A DNA stretch of 64,000 nucleotides. Origin: a virus. The notes below the pieces were generated by a model. The model made no database searches and was not told the DNA's origin. It saw nothing but the letters and a program-made list of their open reading frames with translations. The stretch is taken from positions 32,774 to 96,773 of IMG/VR virus record IMGVR_UViG_3300030518_000006. One strand, given 5' to 3'. Of the stretch, positions 35,889-44,310 are shown one piece after another. Numbering within the stretch: the stretch's first letter is position 1; every line of letters begins with the position of its first letter. The position numbers and the translations under genes were made by a program.

Positions 35889-36728
35889 ATGCCCATGATG
35901 CTGATGTCCAATCCAGGTCTGCACCTCGCCCTGCTCGGGAACCCGTATCGCGGTCGTTCCCGCAAGCGCCGTCATTCCTGTTCCAACCCTCGTCGTTCAC
36001 ACCGCCGTGCGTCCGCACGTCGGCACCGTCGTTCCCACACCCAAAGGAGAAACCCCATGGGATTCGCCAAGCAGTACGTGAGCTCCGTCAAGGCAGCTCC
36101 CCGTGAGATCCTCGGGATCTTCAAGGGCAAGAACAAGATCAAGAACATCGCCTTCGCGCTCGGTGGCGCCGTCGCCACCTACGCCCTGGGCGGAATCGTC
36201 AACACCTCACTCGTGACCCCCGGTCTCAACGCCATCCCTGGCGCGGGTCCGGCGCTCAGCGGCCCGATGGCCAAGCGCGTGATCGGTGCGGCAGTGCCCT
36301 TCACCCTCGGCTTCGTCGCCAACAAGTTCATCAAGGGTGACCTCGGCAAGGCCCTGGTGGTTGGTGGGGCTATCGCCTCGCTCGCCGAGGCGATCAGCCC
36401 CGGGCTCATCGCCCGCCTGGTCTACCACACCCCGGCTGTCGGCCCCGTGGCCGTTGCTGCAGCGCCTGCTGCCGCTGTCCAGGGCCCGGTGAACGGTCTG
36501 AATGGTCTCGGGGGCTACGTTGACGCGCGTGCGTACAACGGCACCGGGGACATGGCCCCGCTCGACGGCTATGTCGACGCCCGCGCCTACAACGGCACCG
36601 GCGAAGAGCTGGCCGGCTATGTCGACGCCCGCGCCTACAACGGCACCGGGGACATGGACGATGACCTGGCTGGCATCGGCAGCGACTACCTGACCGAGAG
36701 CACCAAGTACATGGAATCCTATCTCTGA
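35889..36728 (+). CDS. Putative major membrane/scaffolding protein
   Basis: Basic N-terminus with four NP motifs, Gly-rich hydrophobic core, three GYVDARAYNGTG repeats; directly upstream of the capsid gene. Confidence 0.65.
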   Translation: MPMMLMSNPGLHLALLGNPYRGRSRKRRHSCSNPRRSHRRASARRHRRSHTQRRNPMGFAKQYVSSVKAAPREILGIFKGKNKIKNIAFALGGAVATYALGGIVNTSLVTPGLNAIPGAGPALSGPMAKRVIGAAVPFTLGFVANKFIKGDLGKALVVGGAIASLAEAISPGLIARLVYHTPAVGPVAVAAAPAAAVQGPVNGLNGLGGYVDARAYNGTGDMAPLDGYVDARAYNGTGEELAGYVDARAYNGTGDMDDDLAGIGSDYLTESTKYMESYL

Positions 36729-36926
36729 TTGAGGTAGACCATACGTAGGGGCCGCCCGTGGGCCCCTGCCGCTCTTTCCCAATCTCTTCACCGCCTTCAT
36801 TCGGTTCGCTGCCCACCGGCGCTTTGCATGTGGGACTGACAACGACCCGTATACCCATTCCTGGAACAACGAGGAAGCCCCTCACGTTCCGGGTCCCCTG
36901 AATCCCCTCTTGGGGAGGAGAACACA

Positions 36927-37502
36927 ATGCCCGTCTTCCGCACCGTCAAGGATGCCCGCTCCGGCTCGATCCGGCTCGAAGCCATCCACCAGCCGCTGTA
37001 TGACAGCGTGCTGCTCGCCACCACCCTGCAGACGTCCGCAACGCTGTTCTCCCTCGGGAACAACGGTCGCTCGGCGCTCTACACCAACCTCCAGACCGCT
37101 GGCCAGCTCAGCTGGCCGAAGCGCTTCTCGATCCGCGCCCTGCGTCAGGTGCTCGGCTTCAACAGCGCGACCTACGCCAACGTGGCCGCCTTCTGGGCTG
37201 CGGCGTTCTACCAGCTGCAGGTGGGTGAAAAGGTTTATCTCACCATCCCGGCGTTCATCCTCACCGCCGGCGGCGGCCTGAGCCAGCAGACCCTGGTCCC
37301 GGCTACCGCCACCACGGCGGGAACCATCAACTGTGAAACCGGCTGGCCGGACCAGCGGAATATCTACTCGCTGCTGCACTCGATTTATTTGCCGCCCGTG
37401 CAGAACTTCTTCCTGGCACTGACGACCGCTGGCGGGACCCTGACCGCTTCGACGTACTGCCACATCTTCCTGGAAGGTGAGCTGCTCCGCGAAATCCAGT
37501 AA
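36927..37502 (+). CDS. Putative major capsid protein (single jelly-roll-like)
   Basis: 191 aa beta-rich; strong RBS GGAGGAG, last gene of the virion operon, followed by a strong terminator; three paralogues elsewhere. Fold is inferred. Confidence 0.6.
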   Translation: MPVFRTVKDARSGSIRLEAIHQPLYDSVLLATTLQTSATLFSLGNNGRSALYTNLQTAGQLSWPKRFSIRALRQVLGFNSATYANVAAFWAAAFYQLQVGEKVYLTIPAFILTAGGGLSQQTLVPATATTAGTINCETGWPDQRNIYSLLHSIYLPPVQNFFLALTTAGGTLTASTYCHIFLEGELLREIQ

Positions 37503-37526
37503 GCCAAACGGTTTACAAGGATTCAC

Positions 37527-37563
37527 GAAAAACCCCGGGCTTCGGCTCGGGGTTTTTCCTTTT
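37527..37563. terminator. Bidirectional intrinsic terminator
   Basis: GAAAAACCCCGGGC-TTCG-GCTCGGGGTTTTTC between convergent genes. Confidence 0.9.
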
Positions 37564-37566
37564 CTC

Positions 37567-37851
37567 CTAGGCCTCCGGAGGCCGCACTACCACCTCCAAC
37601 AACCCATCCAGCGCACTGACGAACTGCTGCTGCACCGCTTTGGCCAGCTCCTCGCTCGGGTATTCGCAGCTGTACATCTGTCCGCTGGACATCTCCAGCT
37701 GGATGACCCAGCCCAGGTCCGGCTTCTCCTGATCCGGCCGCAGCGGTTTGCTCGATCTGCGCAGCGCCGCCGGGCGCATACATACGATCTGACCCGCCTC
37801 GATCCACTGCTGGTGTTCGGGGGGTGATCCAGGATTGAACAGCACAAGCAT
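37567..37851 (-). CDS. Hypothetical protein
   Basis: 94 aa, RBS GGAGG. Confidence 0.55.
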   Translation of the reverse strand: MLVLFNPGSPPEHQQWIEAGQIVCMRPAALRRSSKPLRPDQEKPDLGWVIQLEMSSGQMYSCEYPSEELAKAVQQQFVSALDGLLEVVVRPPEA

Positions 37852-37883
37852 ATTGCCTCCTACGGAACGGGTTTCATAGTGGG

Positions 37884-38111
37884 ATGATGGACCTGCACGA
37901 TGCGATTGCCTCGCTCCCTGAGATGGAGCGCCTGATCATCCGGCTGCGGTGGCTCGAGCAGTTCTCAGTGGATGACATCGCGCATTGCCTCCGCATCGCC
38001 CCCGACCAGGTACTCGCCTACGACACCCAGGCCCGCGACCGCCTACGCCGGCGGCTTGACCCAGCTGACCTGCATTCCTTCGATCTGGGCCCACTTGAGC
38101 ACGTCGGCTAG
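37884..38111 (+). CDS. Sigma-70 region 4-like HTH protein
   Basis: AIASLPEMERLIIRLRW..SVDDIAHCL..ARDRLRR. Confidence 0.65.
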   Translation: MMDLHDAIASLPEMERLIIRLRWLEQFSVDDIAHCLRIAPDQVLAYDTQARDRLRRRLDPADLHSFDLGPLEHVG

Positions 38112-38573
38112 CTGGTGCCACTCGTCCGCCCACCGGTCGTTCCCTGCAGGCCCGGCAGTGCTGCGCAAGGGGTCAATGGCCCCGGTGAAATCGGTGTTCC
38201 CCTCCTTGTCATCCCCGAAGTAGTCCACCTCGGTCGCTGCCAGGGTGTGCGCCAGGCCCAGGGCCATGAGCGATGAGAACCGCTGGTGGATGGGCAGCTC
38301 CTCCCAGGGAATCCGTCGCAGGTTCCCCAGCGGGATCTTGAGCTGGATATGGGCATCCCAGGCCAGGCGCAGTGCGTCCGCGATCGAGCAGAGTCCGACC
38401 CTGGGGGTCTGGCGATACCAGGTGAGGGCCTCCCAGTCGCCGATGCACCACCAGTCACAGGGCCAGAATTCGACCGCAGCATTGACCCCGATGATCACAT
38501 CATAGACGCCCTTCCGCCAGGCCCAGGACGCCTTCAGGGAGGGCCCTGGGCAGAGGATCGCGGCTCGGGTCAT
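38043..38573 (-). CDS. DUF115/GT29-like Rossmann protein (glycan modification)
   Basis: AAILCPGPSL..IIGVNAA..DWWCIGD..EVDYFGDD. Confidence 0.5.
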   Translation of the reverse strand: MTRAAILCPGPSLKASWAWRKGVYDVIIGVNAAVEFWPCDWWCIGDWEALTWYRQTPRVGLCSIADALRLAWDAHIQLKIPLGNLRRIPWEELPIHQRFSSLMALGLAHTLAATEVDYFGDDKEGNTDFTGAIDPLRSTAGPAGNDRWADEWHQLADVLKWAQIEGMQVSWVKPPA

Positions 38574-38860
38574 GGTGGGATCAGGGTTGAGGTGCCGGCT
38601 AGGTGCTGGGGCTCGGTTCCCGGGGCGTAATCCTCCCAGGGCGGCCCGAGCTCTGCCGGCGGGGGTTCGGTGACCCCGTTGAGCCGCAGGGTCTGCTGGA
38701 TGAGCTGGCGCATCGCGCTGGCCACAGCGAGCGCCTGGGGTCCCGGCATCGCTTCGATCTGCACCAGCACCTGCTGCCCGAGCATGGCACGTACCACAGC
38801 ATCCCCGGACTGGTCATCCTGGGGCAGCACGACCGAGATCTCCGGGACGATCGGGGTCAT
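38570..38860 (-). CDS. Hypothetical protein
   Basis: Tightly coupled ORF. Confidence 0.5.
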   Translation of the reverse strand: MTPIVPEISVVLPQDDQSGDAVVRAMLGQQVLVQIEAMPGPQALAVASAMRQLIQQTLRLNGVTEPPPAELGPPWEDYAPGTEPQHLAGTSTLIPP

Positions 38861-38861
38861 C

Positions 38862-39173
38862 CTAGGCCTTCTCTGCGTCCTTGACGGGCGCTATACCGAT
38901 GATGGTACGAATCCGGGCCTTGGCCACCTCGCTGAGTCCCTGGAAGGCCAAGTCGATCATCTCCGGGTGGTCATTCACCAGCTCGCCGAAGACCTTGGAT
39001 GCGATATACTTGCCCGCCCCGTCCTTCTTCGCCAGGTTCTTACCCGCGGTGATCGCCGGGATGATCCCCATCATGTCGAGCTTGAACCCGTTGCCGGCGA
39101 AGAGCCCGTCGAGCGTCGAGCGGATGGTACCGAGCACCTTCTGGACGTCGGGGTCGGTGGAGTGGTCGGTCAT
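38862..39173 (-). CDS. Hypothetical protein
   Basis: Tightly coupled ORF. Confidence 0.6.
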   Translation of the reverse strand: MTDHSTDPDVQKVLGTIRSTLDGLFAGNGFKLDMMGIIPAITAGKNLAKKDGAGKYIASKVFGELVNDHPEMIDLAFQGLSEVAKARIRTIIGIAPVKDAEKA

Positions 39174-40144
39174 GGGAGCTCCAGCTCGGGTTCGGGCAGA
39201 GCGTCGACCTCCGCCTGGTCGGCGGGAGCGGCATCGTCAGGGGCGATCGTGGCGACCGGGTCCTCCAGGATCCGGAGGTCGGGGCGATCGTGGGCGACTC
39301 CCGTCGGGTCGGTGAGAATACCGCGGTAGATCGCGCGGTTCTTGATCACCCGGTGGACCTTCCCCTTGTACCAGATCTTGGCGCCGTGCCCATTCTCCCG
39401 CAGGTAGCGCGCAACCTCGTTCAAGGTCATCTTGGCGCCGTCGACCAGGGAGAAGATCAGGCGAACGATCGGAGCCTTCTGAGGGTCGATCGTCAGGTCG
39501 TGGTTGACCACCATGTACCCATAGGGCTTGTTCCCCCCGATCCACCCACCACGGGCGTACTTGTTCTGGGTCCCCAGCTTCATGCGCATCTGGATCAGGT
39601 GGCGCTCGTACTGGGCGAAGGACCCGAGCACCTGACGCATCAGCACGCGCACCGGATCCGCGCTGGCGGCAGAGTCGGCCAGGAAGCTCTCGCTCGCGTA
39701 GGCGACCCCCAGGGTGATGGCGTGGCGCTCGAAGAAGGAGAACAGCATATCCTGCTCGGCGGCGACACGCGACAGGCGGTCGAGCTTCCAGATCAGCAGC
39801 TTGGACCGATCCTGCTCGCACAGCTTGGACTGGTCGCGCTCGCACAGCTTGGCGATCAGGGAGGACAGCAGCGGTCGGGGCGATGCCGCGGGCACCTCCT
39901 CGGGTTTCATGCCCGGGAGGCGGACGGTGAACAAGGGCTTGGCGGCCGACGCCTTCTCGTAGACGATCCGCGGCTCGGGGATGCCCGAGCGCTGGCAGTA
40001 GCCGAGGATCGCCGTCCGCTGGACATCCGGCGACTCGTTGTCCTCGTGCGTGTCATCACTGACACGGACGTAGGCCCATATCGTTGGCAGCGGCTTCTCG
40101 CCGAAGGCATCCGCGATGCCGGTAAGGGTGGTGATGAAGCTCAT
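39170..40144 (-). CDS. Serine recombinase (catalytic + recombinase domain)
   Basis: AYVRVS, KLDRLSR, FAQYER..I..R, GG..PYGY. Confidence 0.9.
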   Translation of the reverse strand: MSFITTLTGIADAFGEKPLPTIWAYVRVSDDTHEDNESPDVQRTAILGYCQRSGIPEPRIVYEKASAAKPLFTVRLPGMKPEEVPAASPRPLLSSLIAKLCERDQSKLCEQDRSKLLIWKLDRLSRVAAEQDMLFSFFERHAITLGVAYASESFLADSAASADPVRVLMRQVLGSFAQYERHLIQMRMKLGTQNKYARGGWIGGNKPYGYMVVNHDLTIDPQKAPIVRLIFSLVDGAKMTLNEVARYLRENGHGAKIWYKGKVHRVIKNRAIYRGILTDPTGVAHDRPDLRILEDPVATIAPDDAAPADQAEVDALPEPELELP

Positions 40145-40146
40145 GA

Positions 40147-40728
40147 TCAGAGCGCCACTGTCCAGGGATTCGGGAAGGCGATGGCATCGGCGTGCTTGTG
40201 GAAATTATGCTCGTTGATCCCCTGCTTGAGCAGCATCTGCTTGGTGTACTCGATGGGATTCGCGTTCTGGGTGGACTGGGCGTTGACGAACTTCAGGAAC
40301 TGGATCAGCACGAGCGCCTTGACCCGGTCGACCACCAAGCCGCCCTCCGTCGCGTCCTTGTCCCCTTGCCAGAACCGGAGATAACCACCTTTGGTCTGCT
40401 CCGTGTAATGGATGTCCTCGGCCAGGTTCCAGCTGGCGGCCCGGACATCGACGCAGACATTCTTCCACGCCAGGCGCTTGGCCTTGTACATATCGAGGCT
40501 GAATCCCATGAAGGCCTTGATCTGCTCCTGGGTGGCGAGCAGCTGGCGGTCGGCCGCACCCGCGAGACCCTTCGACGAGCCCTTCAGGGCCTTGATGTTC
40601 TCCTCGATGCACGTCCGCAGCTCGGTGTTGTTCTTCGCCTCGGCGGTGCTCTCCAGGAACATGCTGTAGGCGTCCATCCATTGGAGGAGCGAGAGGGGTT
40701 GCGCGCCGGGGGTGAGGATCTTGGACAT
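40147..40728 (-). CDS. Hypothetical protein
   Basis: 193 aa coupled ORF. Confidence 0.6.
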   Translation of the reverse strand: MSKILTPGAQPLSLLQWMDAYSMFLESTAEAKNNTELRTCIEENIKALKGSSKGLAGAADRQLLATQEQIKAFMGFSLDMYKAKRLAWKNVCVDVRAASWNLAEDIHYTEQTKGGYLRFWQGDKDATEGGLVVDRVKALVLIQFLKFVNAQSTQNANPIEYTKQMLLKQGINEHNFHKHADAIAFPNPWTVAL

Positions 40729-40729
40729 G

Positions 40730-41131
40730 TCAGTCGTCGCTTTCGTCTTCGATCGTGCCGATGGCGATCAGGAACAGGGCGTAGCCACGGGGCCAGCCCT
40801 CCCCGTGAGTCTCCTGGATGTGGACCATCCTGGTCTCGACCGGGACATACATCTGGGTGTCGCTGTTGATCTTCTGCAGGTCGGCCAGCACCCGCCCCAG
40901 GATCGGCTCCAAGCCGCGCACCTGGGTCGCGTGGATAGGCACCACATAGGGCTGGATCAGCAGTGGTGACCCGATGCCATCCTCGGCCAGGGCGAGGGAG
41001 AGCACCAGGGCGCCATCGAGCTGGCCCTGGGAGACCCCGGTGACGTTGTTGGAGAAGGCGAAGTCCTGGAGGCGCTTGTTGAACCCGTCGATGGATTCGG
41101 CACCTTCCGGGTGGTAGGTGAAGATCTTCAT
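40730..41131 (-). CDS. Hypothetical protein
   Basis: 133 aa coupled ORF. Confidence 0.6.
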   Translation of the reverse strand: MKIFTYHPEGAESIDGFNKRLQDFAFSNNVTGVSQGQLDGALVLSLALAEDGIGSPLLIQPYVVPIHATQVRGLEPILGRVLADLQKINSDTQMYVPVETRMVHIQETHGEGWPRGYALFLIAIGTIEDESDD

Positions 41132-41925
41132 GGTTTAGAATCCTTCTCCGCCTGACCGGCGAGGTCCGCCTCGCCGGCGGGGGCGGGTGGGAGAGTGGGA
41201 AGAAGCGCGGTCTCATCCGTCGCGCGAACACCCCCTGCGGCGGCCTCTGCTCGCTGCCGGGCATGCTCCTGCGCCAGCACCTGCTCGAATGGAATCTGCA
41301 CCCCGCCCAGCATCTTCTCCACCGCCGAATCCACCGGCACCACCCCCGCAGGCCGCGACGCCGCCTTCACCACCAGACCCCCGGCACCATCCGGGGGAAG
41401 CTCAAACGCCACGTCCATCCCATACTTCTCCCGCAGCGCTTGCTGCTGGGAGATACGGCTGAACTGGTAGAAGCTCAGGGGGTCACCCACGATCAGATCG
41501 TCCCCGTGCTCGGTATTGGGCGACGCCGCGAGCCATGCCGGGCATTGCGCCTGGCGGCCATCATGCATCTCGACGACCCCGGGGCACTTGATGACCTCGT
41601 TCTCCTGCCCGTCGATGAACACCCGGACAATCTTGCTGAAGTCCGCCCGCGGGGCGACCTCAGCCTGGCACTTCGGGCACTTCAGGCCGCATTCGGCGAT
41701 CTCTTGACGCGGGACGCAGTAGACCTCGTGACTGTTGCCCCCGGCCCCCTCCCCGTGGACGCGCATGTGCCGGTCGTGTGGCGGGGCCCAGGGCACCTCC
41801 CCGGCGATCCGCTGCAGCCAGGCGAACTGATCAGTCCCCCGTGTCCACCACCGGATGGCCCAGAGGGCCCCCAAGAAGGCGGCAATGCCACCAACGAACG
41901 ACAGCACCATCCATAGCCACATCAT
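41128..41925 (-). CDS. Membrane-anchored Cys-containing protein
   Basis: N-terminal TM, CPKC and later Cys pair. Confidence 0.55.
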   Translation of the reverse strand: MMWLWMVLSFVGGIAAFLGALWAIRWWTRGTDQFAWLQRIAGEVPWAPPHDRHMRVHGEGAGGNSHEVYCVPRQEIAECGLKCPKCQAEVAPRADFSKIVRVFIDGQENEVIKCPGVVEMHDGRQAQCPAWLAASPNTEHGDDLIVGDPLSFYQFSRISQQQALREKYGMDVAFELPPDGAGGLVVKAASRPAGVVPVDSAVEKMLGGVQIPFEQVLAQEHARQRAEAAAGGVRATDETALLPTLPPAPAGEADLAGQAEKDSKP

Positions 41926-42311
41926 GTGAGCAACCCTTCCCAGAAGCCTGGTGTCGCCATCAGTTCGCCCTGGCAGATCCGATTGCCGCGGCGGGACTCG
42001 AGGTAGTCGATATGGAGGGACCAGCGCTTCCACGGCACCCGCACCCCGCCCTCAGCCATGTGCACGTCGACCACCCGCACCCGCATCCCGGCCATCTGCA
42101 TCCGGTCGATCTGGAACTCCTGGACTCGGGAGAGCGGTTTGCCGTGAGCCTTGGCCTCGACCCATGCAGCACCGTAGGTGAGATGACTGAATACCAGGTC
42201 TGGGGTGCCGCCCTTGATCGGCTTGAGATACGACCACCACCCGTCGCGGGAAAAGACCTGGGTGAAGCACTTGGTCAGGCGCCGCTTGAACAGGGACTCT
42301 GGCTGTGGCAT
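41922..42311 (-). CDS. VRR-NUC-like nuclease
   Basis: PES..GTPDL..WVEAK..LS..Q. Confidence 0.75.
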   Translation of the reverse strand: MPQPESLFKRRLTKCFTQVFSRDGWWSYLKPIKGGTPDLVFSHLTYGAAWVEAKAHGKPLSRVQEFQIDRMQMAGMRVRVVDVHMAEGGVRVPWKRWSLHIDYLESRRGNRICQGELMATPGFWEGLLT

Positions 42312-42331
42312 CTATGTAGGGTTACGTGTCC

Positions 42332-42592
42332 CTAGGCAGAGTCAAGGCCCCTCGCCGGAGTGGATGGGACGGGCGTCCTGATCACCTGGGTGGCGCTCAG
42401 CTGAATGGCCTTGGTATCGAGCGCCTCGACCAGGGCCCAGACGATCGATGAGAAGCTCCGGTCAGGATGGCGCTTGCGGAGCCGGGTGACCATCGCGCGC
42501 TGCCTCGGGGTGGACCACAGGGTCAACGTCCGATTGGGCCGGGAACTGGACCGCGACGCAGACGGTACGGGTGGTGCGGGCTTGGCAGGCAT
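42332..42592 (-). CDS. Small putative DNA-binding protein
   Basis: 86 aa basic, RHH-like pattern. Confidence 0.4.
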   Translation of the reverse strand: MPAKPAPPVPSASRSSSRPNRTLTLWSTPRQRAMVTRLRKRHPDRSFSSIVWALVEALDTKAIQLSATQVIRTPVPSTPARGLDSA

Positions 42593-42601
42593 GGATGGTC
42601 C

Positions 42602-43600
42602 TCAGGCGAGGGGTGCAACGGGCAGGCGGACGGGCCCGGCAGCCTTGACAGCGCGGGCGCGGGCGACGTTGTAGACGCGCCCTGGGGGCGGCATGAAGAG
42701 CTTGAAGCAGTCGACAGTATGGCGACACCAGGTGCGCGTGCAATGGTCGCCGACCACAGGGTACGTATGCTGTAGCACGGCATCACTCATCAGGAACCGG
42801 CAGAACCCGGCGACCTGCTCGGCGTAGAATATCATCTCCGGCTTGGTGAAGTCGATCCAGACCAGGCTCGCCCACTTGGCCTTGAGCGAGTCGACATAGA
42901 GCACCCAGACCCGCTGGCATCCGGTCAGCAGGTGATAGGCTGCCATCTGGGGCAGATGATCCGGGTTGATCCACCCACCCTTGGTCGGCTTGGCCGTGGT
43001 CTTCAGGTCCCCGACCACAAGCCCATCCTGGGTGCGGAAATCGGTGTGCCCGGTGACAAAGTCGTTGGCCCATTCCTCCTCGGCCAGGTACGGTTCCCCG
43101 TCCGCCGGCACCGGCATCTTGCCCGCGGCCAGGGTCGCCGTCGCGCGCACCGCGCTCTGGGTGATCGCCCGGTCGTTGTTGAAGAGCTTGGCCGCCATCG
43201 TCCAGTCTGCCGCCCGCGGCTGGTAGCACCGGGAGTCGCCGGCCAGGAACGCACTATAGGCCGCCCCCACGTCCCCGCCGAAAAACTCACAGGCGATGTC
43301 CACGAGGTGCTGCTCATCGCCGGTCAGGTCGTAGTCCTGGCCCGTGGCATCGCGCCGGTCGAGGTCCATCAGGAACGCATCGATGTCACGCACCATCTGC
43401 TTCTTGGGGAACAGGCAGCGCATGCCATCCTGCAGGGTGAAGTGCCCGCAGGTGCCCAGGTCGCTGTTCCCCGGGCTGACACGCTCGATCGGCGCCGGGA
43501 GTTCGCCCTCGTACACCTTGCGATCTTGCACCGCGCGCCAGGTGCAGCGCATGTAGCCACCGAGAGCGGAGGCGCGGGGTTTCCAGGGTTTCTTAGTCAT
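42602..43600 (-). CDS. PD-(D/E)XK (Cas4/RecB-like) exonuclease
   Basis: RAS..C, GT..H, GHTD, DLKT, QMAAY, C-terminal C..WC...C. Confidence 0.75.
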   Translation of the reverse strand: MTKKPWKPRASALGGYMRCTWRAVQDRKVYEGELPAPIERVSPGNSDLGTCGHFTLQDGMRCLFPKKQMVRDIDAFLMDLDRRDATGQDYDLTGDEQHLVDIACEFFGGDVGAAYSAFLAGDSRCYQPRAADWTMAAKLFNNDRAITQSAVRATATLAAGKMPVPADGEPYLAEEEWANDFVTGHTDFRTQDGLVVGDLKTTAKPTKGGWINPDHLPQMAAYHLLTGCQRVWVLYVDSLKAKWASLVWIDFTKPEMIFYAEQVAGFCRFLMSDAVLQHTYPVVGDHCTRTWCRHTVDCFKLFMPPPGRVYNVARARAVKAAGPVRLPVAPLA

Positions 43601-43740
43601 CACCAGCCCTTGGGATAGTCCCCGCGCTTCTTGCGCTTCTTCTGCTGCGGTTTGCCAAACACCCGCTCCCAGCCGCGCTCGAACCGCTGCCGTTCCTCGC
43701 GCGATGCACCGCGCCGCTGGGAGCCTTTGCCGTTGGACAT
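43600..43740 (-). CDS. Small basic protein
   Basis: MSNGKGSQRR..FERGWERVFGK; overlaps both neighbours; not in ORF track. Confidence 0.55.
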   Translation of the reverse strand: MSNGKGSQRRGASREERQRFERGWERVFGKPQQKKRKKRGDYPKGW

Positions 43741-44219
43741 CAGGAGTCGACGATGCTGCTGGTCTCGGTGGTCTGCTTCGATGCCATCGCGGAGCCGGTC
43801 TGGTAGCCGGGGTTGTTCGGATTGGTCAGGGGGACCGATTCATTGACATTGACCGTACGCTGGAAGGTCGGCGAACGGAAGACGGTGCGTGTGATCTCCT
43901 TGAGATCGTTGGCCCGCTGATCGGCGATCGTCACCCTGAGCGCGGCCATCTCCTCTTTGTGCCGGATCTCGCGCTCACGCTCGATGATCGCGGCCTCCTT
44001 CGCGGCGAGCTTGGCCTCCTCACCCTTGATCTCTGCCCGCTGGCTATCGAGGGTCTCCTCCTGCCGGAGTCGCGCCTTCGCATCTGCCAGGTCAGCCTTG
44101 GTGGTGACGAGGTCCCGCGCATCCTTCTCCGCCTGCTCGAGCCGCTTGCGCAGCACCTCTCCGACCTCGGCCGAGAGGTTCTTCTTGATCGCGTCCTGGA
44201 GATCGTGTTCGAGTGCCAT
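43740..44219 (-). CDS. Coiled-coil protein
   Basis: MALEHDLQDAIKKNLSAEVG.. heptad pattern. Confidence 0.65.
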   Translation of the reverse strand: MALEHDLQDAIKKNLSAEVGEVLRKRLEQAEKDARDLVTTKADLADAKARLRQEETLDSQRAEIKGEEAKLAAKEAAIIEREREIRHKEEMAALRVTIADQRANDLKEITRTVFRSPTFQRTVNVNESVPLTNPNNPGYQTGSAMASKQTTETSSIVDS

Positions 44220-44310
44220 GGATGGGTTCCTTGGATAGGGTAGGTACCACAAACGCCACCGGCCCCTCAGGACCGGTGGCTGCAGAGCCGCATCGTGGAT
44301 GGCGCAGGGT

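Noticed and set aside
34790-35965. 391-aa extended version of the RHH-capsid fusion
   Set aside because: The extension overlaps the divergent gene and promoter; promoter and domain start indicate ATG at 35692
36513-36656. CRISPR-like repeat array
   Set aside because: In-frame coding repeats with very short spacers; no cas operon
42602-43600. CRISPR-associated Cas4
   Set aside because: Stand-alone phage-type PD-(D/E)XK exonuclease without an array or other cas genes
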